In this document: in pieces, positions 26,368-38,591 of the stretch
Layout: every line of letters starts with the position of its first letter
Position numbering within the stretch: position 1 is the first letter of the stretch
Source of the DNA: Octopus vulgaris
Taxonomy: Eukaryota
DNA length: 64,000 bases
Reading direction: 5' to 3'
Assembly (NCBI GenBank): GCA_951406725.2
Contig: OX597829.1
Coordinates: 6,200,001 to 6,264,000 of the forward strand
Notes under the pieces: generated by a model
The model's input: the letters and a program-made list of their open reading frames with translations, nothing else
Databases searched by the model: none
Told to the model about the DNA's origin: nothing
Made by a program: the position numbers and the translations under genes

Positions 26368-27722
26368 AGTAGTAGCAAGGCACGGTAGAAATAGCTCTAG
26401 ATCTTCCATTTATTTACATCTAATATTCTTATGTATGAATGATTATAAGCATGACTCAAAAAGGCTCTACTAAATGTTAGCAAGAAGGATTGAAACTATT
26501 AAAATCTCCCTCAAATCACACCATGTTTATATACACAAAAGTATGAGTCAACGTGTTTAACTTCCATATTTTGGATACAATCTGATAAAAAATAATTTCC
26601 CTTGTACCACATTCTACTGCATGACCTCTATATGTTTGAGTGAATACTGTAGCCAGTATGCCAAAGCTTGACTTAGCAAAAATAGCAACTCCCAAAGCTC
26701 TTTAAACTACACATTATTATCTTTGTACGTATACAACTATGAACTACCAAGTGCGCATTTGTGTGGTTGCGCTACCATTAAATCAAACCCTCGGTCTTAT
26801 TAATGTATGTCTATATAAGTTAACGTTGAAATCTGGGAGAAATAGCATCAAACTCTTGCCACAATCTTCTGTATTTGCTGGCAAATGAGCTTCTACTTAT
26901 TAAGTAAGCTTTAGAGAAACAGCAGCCAAATAGCTCTTCAACCAAACTATGATTTTTTGTATATATGAATAACACGAGAAAATCCGCCAGAATTTGATGG
27001 ATTAACGTAATAGGAATATCAACCGAACTTTCATCTAGATCTGCCTAAAATCATTGAAAAGGCAAAACACTCACCGTCAAAAATATAATGCTAAGTGTCC
27101 TTAAGATCAAAATCTTGAAAAAAATGTAATAAATCTGTTATAAATATCTACACCAGATCGCATTCTACTAAAAACGGAATAATTAGCACTGGGTCCACCA
27201 ATAAATGCTGATGCAAAATTCTAACACAACACTTTTAAAATACCGAAATGAGTAAATAAACGATCCAAAATAGGAAAATTATGCTTCCACGTTTAACGTT
27301 ATTGTCATAAATTCCGAAAATAATCTGAATAGAAGAACAATTTGAAGTTAAATATGAAGTTAAATTGGATATTTGATTTCTTTTTTTCGTTTAATTTTCA
27401 ATTTTCTGTCGGTGCGATGTTGTCATCATCAACGTTTCTCCTTAAAGCAGCCATTAAAAATATTTGGACTGAATTTCGTGAATGCTGACTATTTCTAGGT
27501 TGGTTAGTTATTGCTTATAGCATTACAAATCAAACCAAGAACACTGTTTAACTAGTGGGATGAACAAGAGCATTTGACTGCAATTTTAACATTTTAGAAA
27601 AAAAAAAAGAAAACAACCCCACCCCTAAAATGGCTTAGAAATATATGTCTGATTTTGGTAGTTATTGAATTATGTTACTGCAATAAAATATGAAAGCGTT
27701 TCGGGTGTCATGTATATGCACA

Positions 27723-27778
<56 letters not shown>

Positions 27779-27958
27779 CCGACATCAAAAGCTCTGCAGT
27801 AGGTCTCAAGATGAACCTCATGAAAACGAAGTTCATGCGGTCAGTCAACATATCAACAAGTCGAATGGTGATCGGCAGTGATGAAATAGGGGAGGTAAAG
27901 GAATATATCTACCTGGGGCAGGAAGAGAATATGGTCAAGGTGATCAAGGTGGAAGTGA
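27779..27958 (+). mobile_element. RTE LINE RT fragment
   Basis: DIKSSAVGLKMNLMKTKFM...EVKEYIYLGQE (GL.IN..KTK and Y.YLG motifs). Confidence 0.85.
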
Positions 27959-27980
27959 TATATATATATATATATATATA

Positions 27981-28186
27981 ACGGGAAGCTTTATGAAAAT
28001 AGACAAAAGACGAAGGCAGGTGGAAAACAAACAAACAATTGTATTAGTATGGCGCTCAGGAAATATAAATAAAACAAGTCTTTAACGTTTCGAGCCTACG
28101 CTCTTCAACAGAAAGATACACAGAGAGAAAAAAAACACAGAAAGAAGGAGAGAAAAAAAATGCGTGCAGTAACTAACGAATCAACA
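27981..28186 (-). mobile_element. Penelope-like terminal fragment with minimal hammerhead-like motif (28079-28116)
   Basis: Minus strand TCTTT-CTGTTGA-A-GAGC-GTAG-GCTC-GAA-ACGT-T-AAAGA; homologous to 29560-29720. Confidence 0.6.
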
Positions 28187-28189
28187 TAT

Positions 28190-28474
28190 ATATCATCTTG
28201 ATGAGGTTGGCGCGGGTGGTCCTGTCCAACCTTCCCTTGAGCACATCCCTTATGCCATTAAACGCCTTTCATCCGGCCCTTACATTCCGTGAGATGTCCT
28301 TTTCGATATCTCGGCACATATTAACTTCCTGCCCCAGGTAGATATATTCCTTTACCTCTTCTATTTCATCACTGCCGATCACCATTCGACCTATTGATAC
28401 GTTGTCTGGCCGCATGAACTTCGTTTTCATGCGGTTCATCTTCAGACCTACTGCAGAACTTTTGATGTCGGCAT
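28190..28474 (-). mobile_element. RTE LINE RT fragment, inverted copy of the 27779 segment
   Basis: Minus strand ADIKSSAVGLKMNRMKTKFM...EEVKEYIYLGQEVNM. Confidence 0.85.
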
Positions 28475-28747
28475 AACATCGGAGGTGCTAAAGTCAGGCA
28501 GAGAGCAGCTCTGGAAAATCCTCGCAGAGCGATTCACGCACTATCTAGACGAGGGAAGAACTCCCTCGCAGTGGAAAGAGTCAAATGCCATCCTGCTATA
28601 TAAGAAGGGCGATAGAGAAGATCTAAAGAACTACCGACCCATAAGGCTGCTGTCTCACGTGTACAAAATGTTCACAAAGATAATTCTGAACAGGTTATCA
28701 CGTCATCTCAACGAACAACAACCGAGGGAACAGGCCGGCTTCCGGAA

Positions 28748-28748
<1 letters not shown>
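28475..28748 (+). mobile_element. RTE LINE RT N-terminal fragment
   Basis: PSQWKESNAILLYKKGDREDLKNYRPIRLLSHVYKMFTKIILNRL...[10 protein letters not shown], cut by (TA)n. Confidence 0.92.
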
Positions 28749-28819
<71 letters not shown>

Positions 28820-28916
28820 GTATGTATGTATATATATGTATATGAATATATATATGTGTGTGTGTGTGTGTGCGCGCGCGTTTTGTGTGTATTCACATAC
28901 ACACATATATTTGTAT

Positions 28917-28990
<74 letters not shown>

Positions 28991-29089
28991 GTATACACTT
29001 ATCTTTGCTATTATGCAAAAGTGTCGTAAATCCAAGATATTTCTTTTTCAGAGAACGGTAAAATAGTTTCATTCTACAGCAAAACCGCT

Positions 29090-29393
29090 AAGCGTAGGAG
29101 TGGCTGTGTGGTAAGTAGCTTGCTTACCAGCCACGTGGTTCCGGATTCAGTCCCACTGCGTGGCACCTTGGGAAGGTGCCTTCTACTATAGCCTCGGGCC
29201 GACCAAAGGCTTGTGAGTAGATTTAGTAGACGGAAACTGAAAGAAGCCCGACATATATATGAGACCGATAGAATAAGTATTAGGCTTACAAAGAATAAGT
29301 CCTGGGGTCGATTTGCTCGACTAAAGGCGGGGATCCAGCATGGCCACAGTCAAATGACTGAAACAAGTAAAAGAGTAAAAGAGTAAAAGAGAG
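29090..29393 (+). mobile_element. SINE family A with internal deletion
   Basis: GGAGTGGCTGTGTGGTAAGTAGCTTGCTTACC...CACCTTGGG...GAAACAAGTAAAAGAGTAAAAGAGT. Confidence 0.92.
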
Positions 29394-29559
29394 TACTACA
29401 CTTTGACAATTTATGACATGAAGCAGCTGGAGATACGATAGTATGACCAAAAGAACCGACAATTGAAAGCAAAATTAAGTATTGAATAAAACGCAATTCG
29501 TCAAATTTTGACACACGATAGATTAAAATAATAGCAACGCAACATACATGCATGTATAT

Positions 29560-29720
29560 TTTTTTTTCTCTCCTTGTTTTTTCTGTGTCCCTTTCGGTAC
29601 AAGAGCGTAGACTCGAAACGTAAAAGACATTTTCTATTCCTGAACGTTATACTAATACATCTGTTTATTTTGTACACCACCTGTCTTCGTCTTTTGTTTA
29701 TTTTCGTAAACTTTCCCTTT
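29560..29720 (+). mobile_element. Penelope-like terminal fragment, same family as 27981-28186
   Basis: AAGAGCGTAGACTCGAAACGTAAAAGAC...CCACCTGTCTTCGTCTTTTGT; hammerhead core decayed. Confidence 0.6.
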
Positions 29721-29732
29721 ATATATATATAT

Positions 29733-30094
29733 ATATATAAACGGCAGTTTGTCTGTGCGTGTTTCTGTGTGTCTGTTTGCTTGTACCCTCACCCTGACCA
29801 CGGCTTTCAACCGATTCTGATGAAACTTGACACACACATAGCCCAATGTCATAATTCAAAACTAACGCAGCGAAAATTTTGAAAAGTTCCCCCAGTTCTG
29901 AAAAAATCGATAAAATCGACATGGGGTCGTGAATCAGAAACAAACCACAGACTGTCTAGGGGACGCAACTCACCTTTTTTAACTCAAAAAAAAATTTACC
30001 ATAATTTTTTTGCTATTTTTTGGCTATAACTCTCTAAAAATGCTTTATAGTTATTTCCCTTACAAACCTGAGCAACGCCGGGCGATACTGCTAG
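29733..30094 (+). mobile_element. Short non-autonomous Helitron
   Basis: 3' CCTGAGCAACGCCGGGCGATACTGCTAG|T is nearly identical to the 7448-7477 terminus; 5' TAAACGGCAG resembles TAAAAGGCAG at 4918; flanked by (TA)n. Confidence 0.8.
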
Positions 30095-30613
30095 TATATA
30101 TATATATATATAACAACATGCATGTGCATGCACACATGCAACCATATTTTTCTCCCTAATTGTATTTGTCTGTACATATATTTATAGTTATGAAAATGTA
30201 TATATATGTACGTGCACAGACAATAAGTCAGATACACACACACGCACACACAAACGCACACACCAGTGCACGCACTCATGTACATATGTATATAAATTAT
30301 TCTATCGAATTAAAGTGTAAACTAATTAAGCGATTTGTTTACATTTCCAAACAGCTTTGTTTGTTCAAAGACAAAATGCTAATTCGAGCAGAGCATATAA
30401 ATATACAAAATAAAAAACGAACAAATTAGAAGTTTGAGACCCTTGGTTTATGAAGGGCACACTTAACAAAATTAAAATAAATATGGCATATAAACAATTA
30501 TCAGTCAATCTCAGTTTATTTTTCACTGTACAAAAACTAATTTAAATATAACAATTAAGTTGAAATAATTAATTTTGCTAATATGTACGACAAAAGTAAA
30601 CAAATAACCTATC

Positions 30614-30668
<55 letters not shown>

Positions 30669-30673
30669 TAATA

Positions 30674-30704
<31 letters not shown>

Positions 30705-30717
30705 TGACAATAATAAC

Positions 30718-30809
<92 letters not shown>

Positions 30810-30814
30810 TAATA

Positions 30815-30845
<31 letters not shown>

Positions 30846-30858
30846 TGACAATAATAAC

Positions 30859-30947
<89 letters not shown>

Positions 30948-30952
30948 TAATA

Positions 30953-31016
<64 letters not shown>

Positions 31017-31032
31017 CAATAATAACAACAAC

Positions 31033-31120
<88 letters not shown>

Positions 31121-31172
31121 GTAATAATAATAATGATAATAATAATTATTATCATTATTATTATTATTATTA
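30614..31172. repeat. Long (AAT)n array with repeated interruptions
   Basis: Directly visible. Confidence 0.97.
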
Positions 31173-31420
31173 TTTACTCTTTAACAACAAATTACTCTTT
31201 AGGCAGATGGAACAGATGAAGATGAGCGAAAACACAAAAGTATGAAACAAGGAAGGAGAGAGAGAGCGAGAGAGAGAGAAAGAAAAAGAGAGAAAGATAG
31301 AGCAAGTAAGAGATAGAAAAGTTTTTAGAGATATGTATAAATATATATTTAAGTGTAGATATCTACGTGCATAGGTGCATAGATAATTGTATGTGTGTGT
31401 GTGTGTGGGGGTGTGTGTGC

Positions 31421-31466
<46 letters not shown>

Positions 31467-31564
31467 GCAGGAATCTAACCATCTGTGTATACATACACTT
31501 ACATACCCACAAATATACGCACATATGTGGAGGGTGAACAGAGCGTGAAAGGGAAAGTGTATGT

Positions 31565-31797
<233 letters not shown>

Positions 31798-32536
31798 AAG
31801 TGAGTTGAGTATACGTCGTAGGTTGGGTTCGTTGAAATGTAGGCCAGATGGGTGAGGTGATTATTGATTAATCACTGACATTTACTCATCAAGTGTTAAC
31901 TTTTGTACCACATTGTATTGTTGATTAATTACATTTTCTACATGAAAGACAACCTTTAAAGATTTGATTAGATCTAATCATCATCATCATCATCATCATC
32001 ATCGTCATCATCGTCATCATCGTCATCATCATCATCATCATCACTACCACAACCACCAGGAGCAGCTCAGTCATCATCATCATCGTTAATGTTAAATTCA
32101 CCTCCTCACTCCACGTTTGTTTTATTCATTCACCTTTTCCACCTCTCCATCTCCTCCTCTTCTCTTCACTTTTCGTTTTTCTTTCTTTTCTTCCTATTTT
32201 ACCATCCTTGCTTTCCTTTCCTTCCTCTCTTCTTTATCACCTGATAATGATATACTAGTATATATTGTTTACAGTTATCATTGGTTAATTTCAATATGAG
32301 AACGTGTCAGTCAAAAGCAATAATACTTACACCTTCTCCCATTTACTACTGCTTATCTGATTAGAGCAGAAAGGACTAAGCCAGCTTTTGGGATTATTTA
32401 TTAGGATTAACACGGTGAAGAGATTACCAGGCAGTTGAGACTATCCGTCTGAAATATACAATTCTTTTAATTCTCTAGGAACAAAAACATGTTTCAAGGT
32501 CTGGATATGAAACATAGGTAGCATGCTAATTGACAC

Positions 32537-32580
<44 letters not shown>

Positions 32581-32656
32581 GTGTGTCTGTCAGTGTGTGT
32601 CTATGCGTGTGTAATTACGTCCGTCTACATAGTATATAGATAGGCAGATGACTTTT

Positions 32657-32693
<37 letters not shown>

Positions 32694-32976
32694 CATATAT
32701 ATACATATATAAATACATATATAAGCACACATATATATACATATGCATATATATATAGGTATACACACGCACATACATATGTACATTCTTAATCTTCCCG
32801 GAGGCTATATCTCTCAGTACTACAAGCGCTATAATTGTGGTATTTTGTTTAAAACTGGAGCAGATGCACTTACAGAAAAAAAAGAACATTTGCAGTAGTA
32901 TCAACTATTGGTATAGACAGCAATCATTTTGACATTCAGACACACGCATACACTGAAACACACACACGCACGCACA

Positions 32977-33044
<68 letters not shown>

Positions 33045-33129
33045 CATACATATACATAATACCTACATATACATGTATATTATATTTATATACTTTGTAT
33101 ATAATATATACATACATACATATATATAA

Positions 33130-33790
33130 ATAGGTGAATGAATTATCCTATGTTTATCGTCAGCATGGAAAATTCGTTTAACCGAAACCTGGGTAGCAAA
33201 TTCACGTCAGAAACACGGTTGAAGCGACCTGTCCAAGGGTAGAAACTCCGGGTTCATGTGCAGAAATTTGTGTGTTGTATATGAATAAATGAAAGGAAGG
33301 AGTCGAACGAAGATGTTAACAAAATTCCTTTACTCTCGACATATGTTTCGAAGACAACATGTTTTCATTCCAGAGGAATAAAGGGTGCATTATGCAATAT
33401 TCTCATCAGGAAAGAAAGGGAACCTCTCTCGACAACAAGACAAACAAAAATTTCGATGACTGCCTACATGGTAAACAAAACGATAATGTGTGTTTTTTAA
33501 AAAAAACCGTTAGAAGAATTGACGTCAAAGATAAATAGTAGGAAGAGAAGGGTTAAAGGAATAATAGGTAGGGAACAAGTGGAGAGGGAAGGGTACGTTG
33601 ATTGAAAGAATGTTCGAAGGATTAGGAAAGAATTTCGCTATTGAAGTGGGGTGGACGTAAAGCTAATTGTTCAAACCACAGTGACTGTCGTTATCATTTA
33701 TATGAGTAGAAAGTATGTTTCTGCCAGTGTTTACATTTGTATGATTTTTCTATGAGTGTGTTTACTAGGGGAACCTTAGAGAAGAGAGAA
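33130..33790 (-). mobile_element. Penelope-like element remnant
   Basis: Contains the hammerhead below; upstream minus-strand SLFSKVP weakly recalls the Penelope RT SLFTNVP motif. Boundaries approximate. Confidence 0.45.
33333..33414 (-). ncRNA. Type I hammerhead ribozyme motif with intact core
   Basis: Minus strand CTTTC-CTGATGA-GAA...TTC-GAA-ACATATGT-C-GAGAG: stem I CTTTC/GAGAG, consensus core, palindromic stem III, GTC cleavage triplet. Confidence 0.7.
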
Positions 33791-33892
33791 CCTTCTTGCA
33801 ATCTATATATCCCTCTGTCTGTCTGTCTCTGTCTCGCTCTGCAACTGTTTATTTGTCTGTCTGTTTGAGTCTCACTCTTTCTCTCTATATAT

Positions 33893-33927
<35 letters not shown>

Positions 33928-35512
33928 AGTAAGGATACCTATGCATATCATATAGACATTTGTTTGTGTGAGTGTGTGTGCGTGTTTGTGTGTGTGTGTG
34001 TGAAAGAGGAAGAGAGAGAGAGACAGACAGATAGACAGACAGAGAGAATTCAGGAACAAATTTTAATCGTTAAGAGTTTGTTCAAAATTGCAGATTAAGT
34101 ACGTTCAGCAATTTTATTTTATATAATAAGTTTGTGTCAATTCGAAATCTTTTAAACTGACTTAATTAATTTGAGAAATCTCAATAATGTCAATTTTTGT
34201 AGATAGATTGCTGCTTTTTACGTTTTCAATCCCAGAGCGATGACAGATAAAGGCAATCATTGATTTTGGGGGCACATAAGCATAAAGTAGAAATGAAACT
34301 TCAGTAAGACAATTTAGTCCAACACCCTAATATATCTGATAGTTTAACAGCTGTAACAGTGAATGATTGTTAAACAAACTATGAATAAAATATTTTATTG
34401 TCAGTTACAAAGAGGCAGCTGTATACTTAGAGATTTCTTTTTATTTTACGTTAATACTACTTTTAATGAGATTAAATATTTATCCTACTAGCATACAACA
34501 AGTCATTTAAATTATACCAAACAATACGTCTGCTAAATCTAGACTTACTTCAATGGCTGAGCATCACTCTTATATGTTACTATCATATGAAAGATCTCTT
34601 AAGTTATACAATTACAACTCACTTTACGTCAAGCCTCTCAACTTATTATTATCATACGTATTATCAATAAAAGGCACCTTACATATTATCAACATTAACA
34701 CATGCAACATACCATCATTTGTTGCTATCTATGTTATATTTTCAAAATGACACTGACTCTATTTTCATAAAAAAACAGAAAGAGTCGTTTTAATACTTGT
34801 TATCTTAAAACTCATTTAAAACTCACAACTAGATTTTTCTCATATTCCTGGCGTCAAATGGCATCAGGTGAAGGTAAAAAGTAGCAAATGTCTGAAAAAT
34901 TACTTTAGTTTTGTAAAGAAAAATAATCCTAGATCTAAACAACTATCACAAGGAAATAAAAATGAATCTAATAATTTAAGGGTAGGTTTTTATCAACAGA
35001 CTTGTGAATGGCATGTCATCTTTGAAGAATTGTAGTGTGTGTAGTCATATATTCACAAACATATGGATCATATATACGCACATTTAGCATATGTTGTATG
35101 TGTGTAATTGCATGCGCATATCGTTATAATATCAATATCAATGTGCACGCATACACATAAATACGACACACACACAAACACGCGCATACATACATACAAA
35201 CACACGACCACACACACGTGTATGGGCGTGTATTTTTCCCATCCCGCTTGACAACTGATATGGGTTTCTGCTCAATTAAAGATATGACAAAGAGACTGTT
35301 AAACTAGAGTTATAATAATAATTTCATCAAATATTTTAGGTGGTACCTCAACATGGGCAGCGTCAGGTGTAATATATATATATACAGTTTCAGTTTGGTC
35401 AGCCCAAAGCTGTAGTACAAGGCGCTTGTCCAAGGTCAGATACAGTGCGACTGAACCTGATACACACACACACACATATACACAGATACACATATGTATG
35501 TATATGTATATA

Positions 35513-36362
35513 TACGTGGTATGTCTGAAAAATAACGGGACCGAGTGTGCAGTGTAAACTATGTGCGAAAGATGAATAAGTAGATTGTATTATCATTTAA
35601 CATGATAGCTTGCTTTCTGCAACCATTGCATATTTTTTCACTTGCTTTTCTCTACACTTCCTGTTTCAGGTAGTTCAGCTATGAGTGCTGAGGAACGAAG
35701 GATGAACACCACGCTACGTATAAACCAGGAACTTTTGGTTCGGTTGGGAAAAACTGTCACAAGCACTTGAAATGCTTCAGCAAGTGTATGGAGATAATAC
35801 CATGTCACGCACACGTGTTTTTGAGTGGCACAAGAAGTTCAAAGAGAGGTGCGAAGAGGTGGGAGATGACTCCAGGAGTGGGAGGCGTCCAACAAGCAAA
35901 ACCGAGGTCAACGCCGAGTAGTCAATCAGTAAGTCTAAAAAGGGAACCTGCGGCGTTTGCTTCGCTCAGGGGACATGAAGAGATGGGACTTGTGTCTGGA
36001 CAAATCGTGGATGCTTCACCATGACAATGCACCTGCAGAGCATCCGCCTGTTCCTGGCCAAGAAGAACGTTGCCGTACTGGGACAACTTATTCAACTCAT
36101 CTTGCTCTGTGTGACTTTTTTCGTTTCCCCAAGCACAAGAGGAACATTGAAGGGACCCGTTTTGAAGGCGTGAAGGCCTTCAAGATGGCCGAAACGATGG
36201 AGCCGAGAGGTATCCCAGATGCATCCTCCTAACAGTGCGTAGAGAAGGATGGAAAAGAGCATTAGACTTACGCGATGATTACTTTGAAGAGGAAACCACT
36301 TTGGTGTTTGAAATCGAAATAAATTGTTTGTGACACAGTCCCATTTCTTTTCAGACAGAACA
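35513..36362 (+). mobile_element. Internally deleted mariner element
   Basis: TIRs CGTGGTATGTCTGAAAAATAACGGGAC and GTCCCATTTCTTTTCAGACAGAAC; HTH-region VFEWHKKFKE; WMLHHDNAPA; HLALCDFF (YSPDLAPCDF-like). Confidence 0.88.
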
Positions 36363-36384
36363 CACACGCACACGCACACACACA

Positions 36385-36428
<44 letters not shown>

Positions 36429-36705
36429 CATACTGTATATACACACATCCATGTATACATATTTATGCATAGGTATGTGTGAAGTAAATATATCAATATT
36501 TATTTTTATGTGCCATAAATAACTAGATTATTATTTCCATATCCCAGCTCTTTCAACACAATCACATACAAGTTGTAACACACAAGTTTTAATACGATTG
36601 AATTCTTTCTCGAACATAATTTTTATTACTGTAAGATTTATTAATGGCAGAAAAGTTGAAAATAAATGTTTTTAGTTTCTCGAAGCATCGTTAACGATCG
36701 GATAT

Positions 36706-37093
36706 ATGCATGTATGTATGCATGTTCGTATGTATGTATGTGCGTATGTATGTATGTATGTATGTATGTATGTATGTATGCATATTCGTATGTATGTATG
36801 TATGTATGTATGTATGTATGCATGTATGTTTGTATGTATGTATGTATGCATGCATGTATGTATGTATGTATGTATGTATTTATGTATGTATGTATGTATG
36901 CATGCATGTATGTATGTATGTATGTATGTATGTATGTATGTATGCATGTTCGTATGTATGTATGTATGTATGTATGTATGCATGTTCGTATGTATGTATG
37001 TATGTATGTATGTATGTATGTATGTATGCATGCATGCATGTATGTATGTATGTATGTATGTATGTATGTATGTATGTATGTATGCATGTATGT
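36706..37093. repeat. (TATG)n microsatellite
   Basis: Directly visible. Confidence 0.97.
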
Positions 37094-37170
37094 ATCTCTC
37101 TTTTCTTCTCTCTGCCTATATATATATATATATGTATACACACACACACACACACACCCACACACATATA

Positions 37171-37920
37171 TATATTATATAAAATCCGTTCTGTCTGTGT
37201 TTCTTCTAGGATCTCGGGCATCCTCCATCCGATTGCGCTCAAATTTGATATGTAGATACCTACGGTATCAGGGCGGCGAGCTGGCAGAAACGTTAGCACG
37301 CCGGGCGAAATGCTTAGCGGTATTTCGTCTGCGTTACGTTGTGAGTTCAAATTTCACCGAGGTCGACTTTGCCTTTCATCCTTTCGGGGTCGATAAATCA
37401 AGTACCAGTTACGCACTGGGGTCGATGTAATCGACTTAATACTTATGTCTGTCCTTGTTTGTCCCCTCTGTGTTTAGCTCCCTTTGGGCAATAAAGAAAT
37501 ATATATAGGTAGAATTGCTGGTGGAGGTACGTTTTTTCTGGAGAGAGAATGTGTTTAGCCCCTTGTGGGTAATAAAGAAATAGGTATCAGGGCGTGTATA
37601 AGTCTTGAAAACATTACAAAAATCGATTCCAGGTGAGAATACGATCGATAAAGCCATGGGAACGTGCATTTGAACGCGCAAGTACATCAGCTGTTGCGAT
37701 CGATACTACGCGTACGCGATAAAAATGCACGTGCAGTTTGCGCAAAAAAGCCGGCTGGCTTGAAATAATGCCACAAAATGCAGTATTTTTAAGAGACTAA
37801 AAAAGTAAGAAGCAATGTGCATGTGAAGTTTAAGAAAAATCGGTCGACAGTTTTGGCGTAAAACGAGAACATACCGATACATACACACGCAACGACATTT
37901 TCAGTTTTAATATGTAAGAT
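37171..37920. mobile_element. Two opposed Helitron-like 5' modules (+ from about 37171, - from about 37920), the first interrupted by a SINE
   Basis: Both show the ATAAAA...GTCTGTG or GTGTGTATG...CCGATT...AAA(C/T)TT layout of the 29733 element; no 3' CTAG ends identified. Confidence 0.5.
37271..37582 (+). mobile_element. SINE family B with duplicated tail and target-site duplication
   Basis: Full head GGGCGGCGAGCTGGCAGAAACG; GGTATCAGGGCG at 37264-37275 and 37583-37594. Confidence 0.92.
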
Positions 37921-38442
37921 ATATATATATATGAGAATGGAGTAAGTGGTGCAAGAACACACACGAAAACGAAAAGTCTCGTTAAAGAGGTCACAGATGT
38001 GTGACGAAAGGTTTCCGGAGAATGGACATAAGTTAAAATAATAAAATAAGAACAGTAATGAACGAGTGAGGAGTCTTATAGATAAAATGTATGAAACAAA
38101 ATCTGACACTCTAAGACCAAGAGCAAGCTAGGAACGCAGATGATTAAACAAAAATTCCATCAAATCCACTTAAATTGACCGCAAAAATATATTGCTTAAG
38201 GCTTGACACTTATAGAGAATGGTCAATATGTTTATTGCTGATGAAATTCCTGATATTGAGTGTAACATAAAAATTAAATGAGAAATTTATCAAGAACTCA
38301 AGTCTTCAGCTGTACAAAGATTTGATGCGACATTAAACATCAAAAAATGTTGTATAAGTTCTTCAAACCTCTAGTTGTTTTGTTAAACTATGAAACATAA
38401 TATCTGTTCCCGTTTCTCATCTTTCCACTCACTGTCATCCCG

Positions 38443-38591
38443 TTCCGCCGAGGTCAACTTTGCCTTTCATCCTTCCGGGGTCGATAAATTAAGTACCAGT
38501 TATGCACTGGGGTCGATGTAATCGACTTAATCCGTTTGTCTGTCCTTGTTTGTCTCCTCTGTGTTTAGCCCCTTGTGGTTAGTAAAGAAAT
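38443..38591 (+). mobile_element. SINE family B, 3' half
   Basis: TTCCGCCGAGGTCAACTTTGCCTTTCATCCTTCCGGGGTCGATAAATTAAGTACCAG. Confidence 0.9.
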
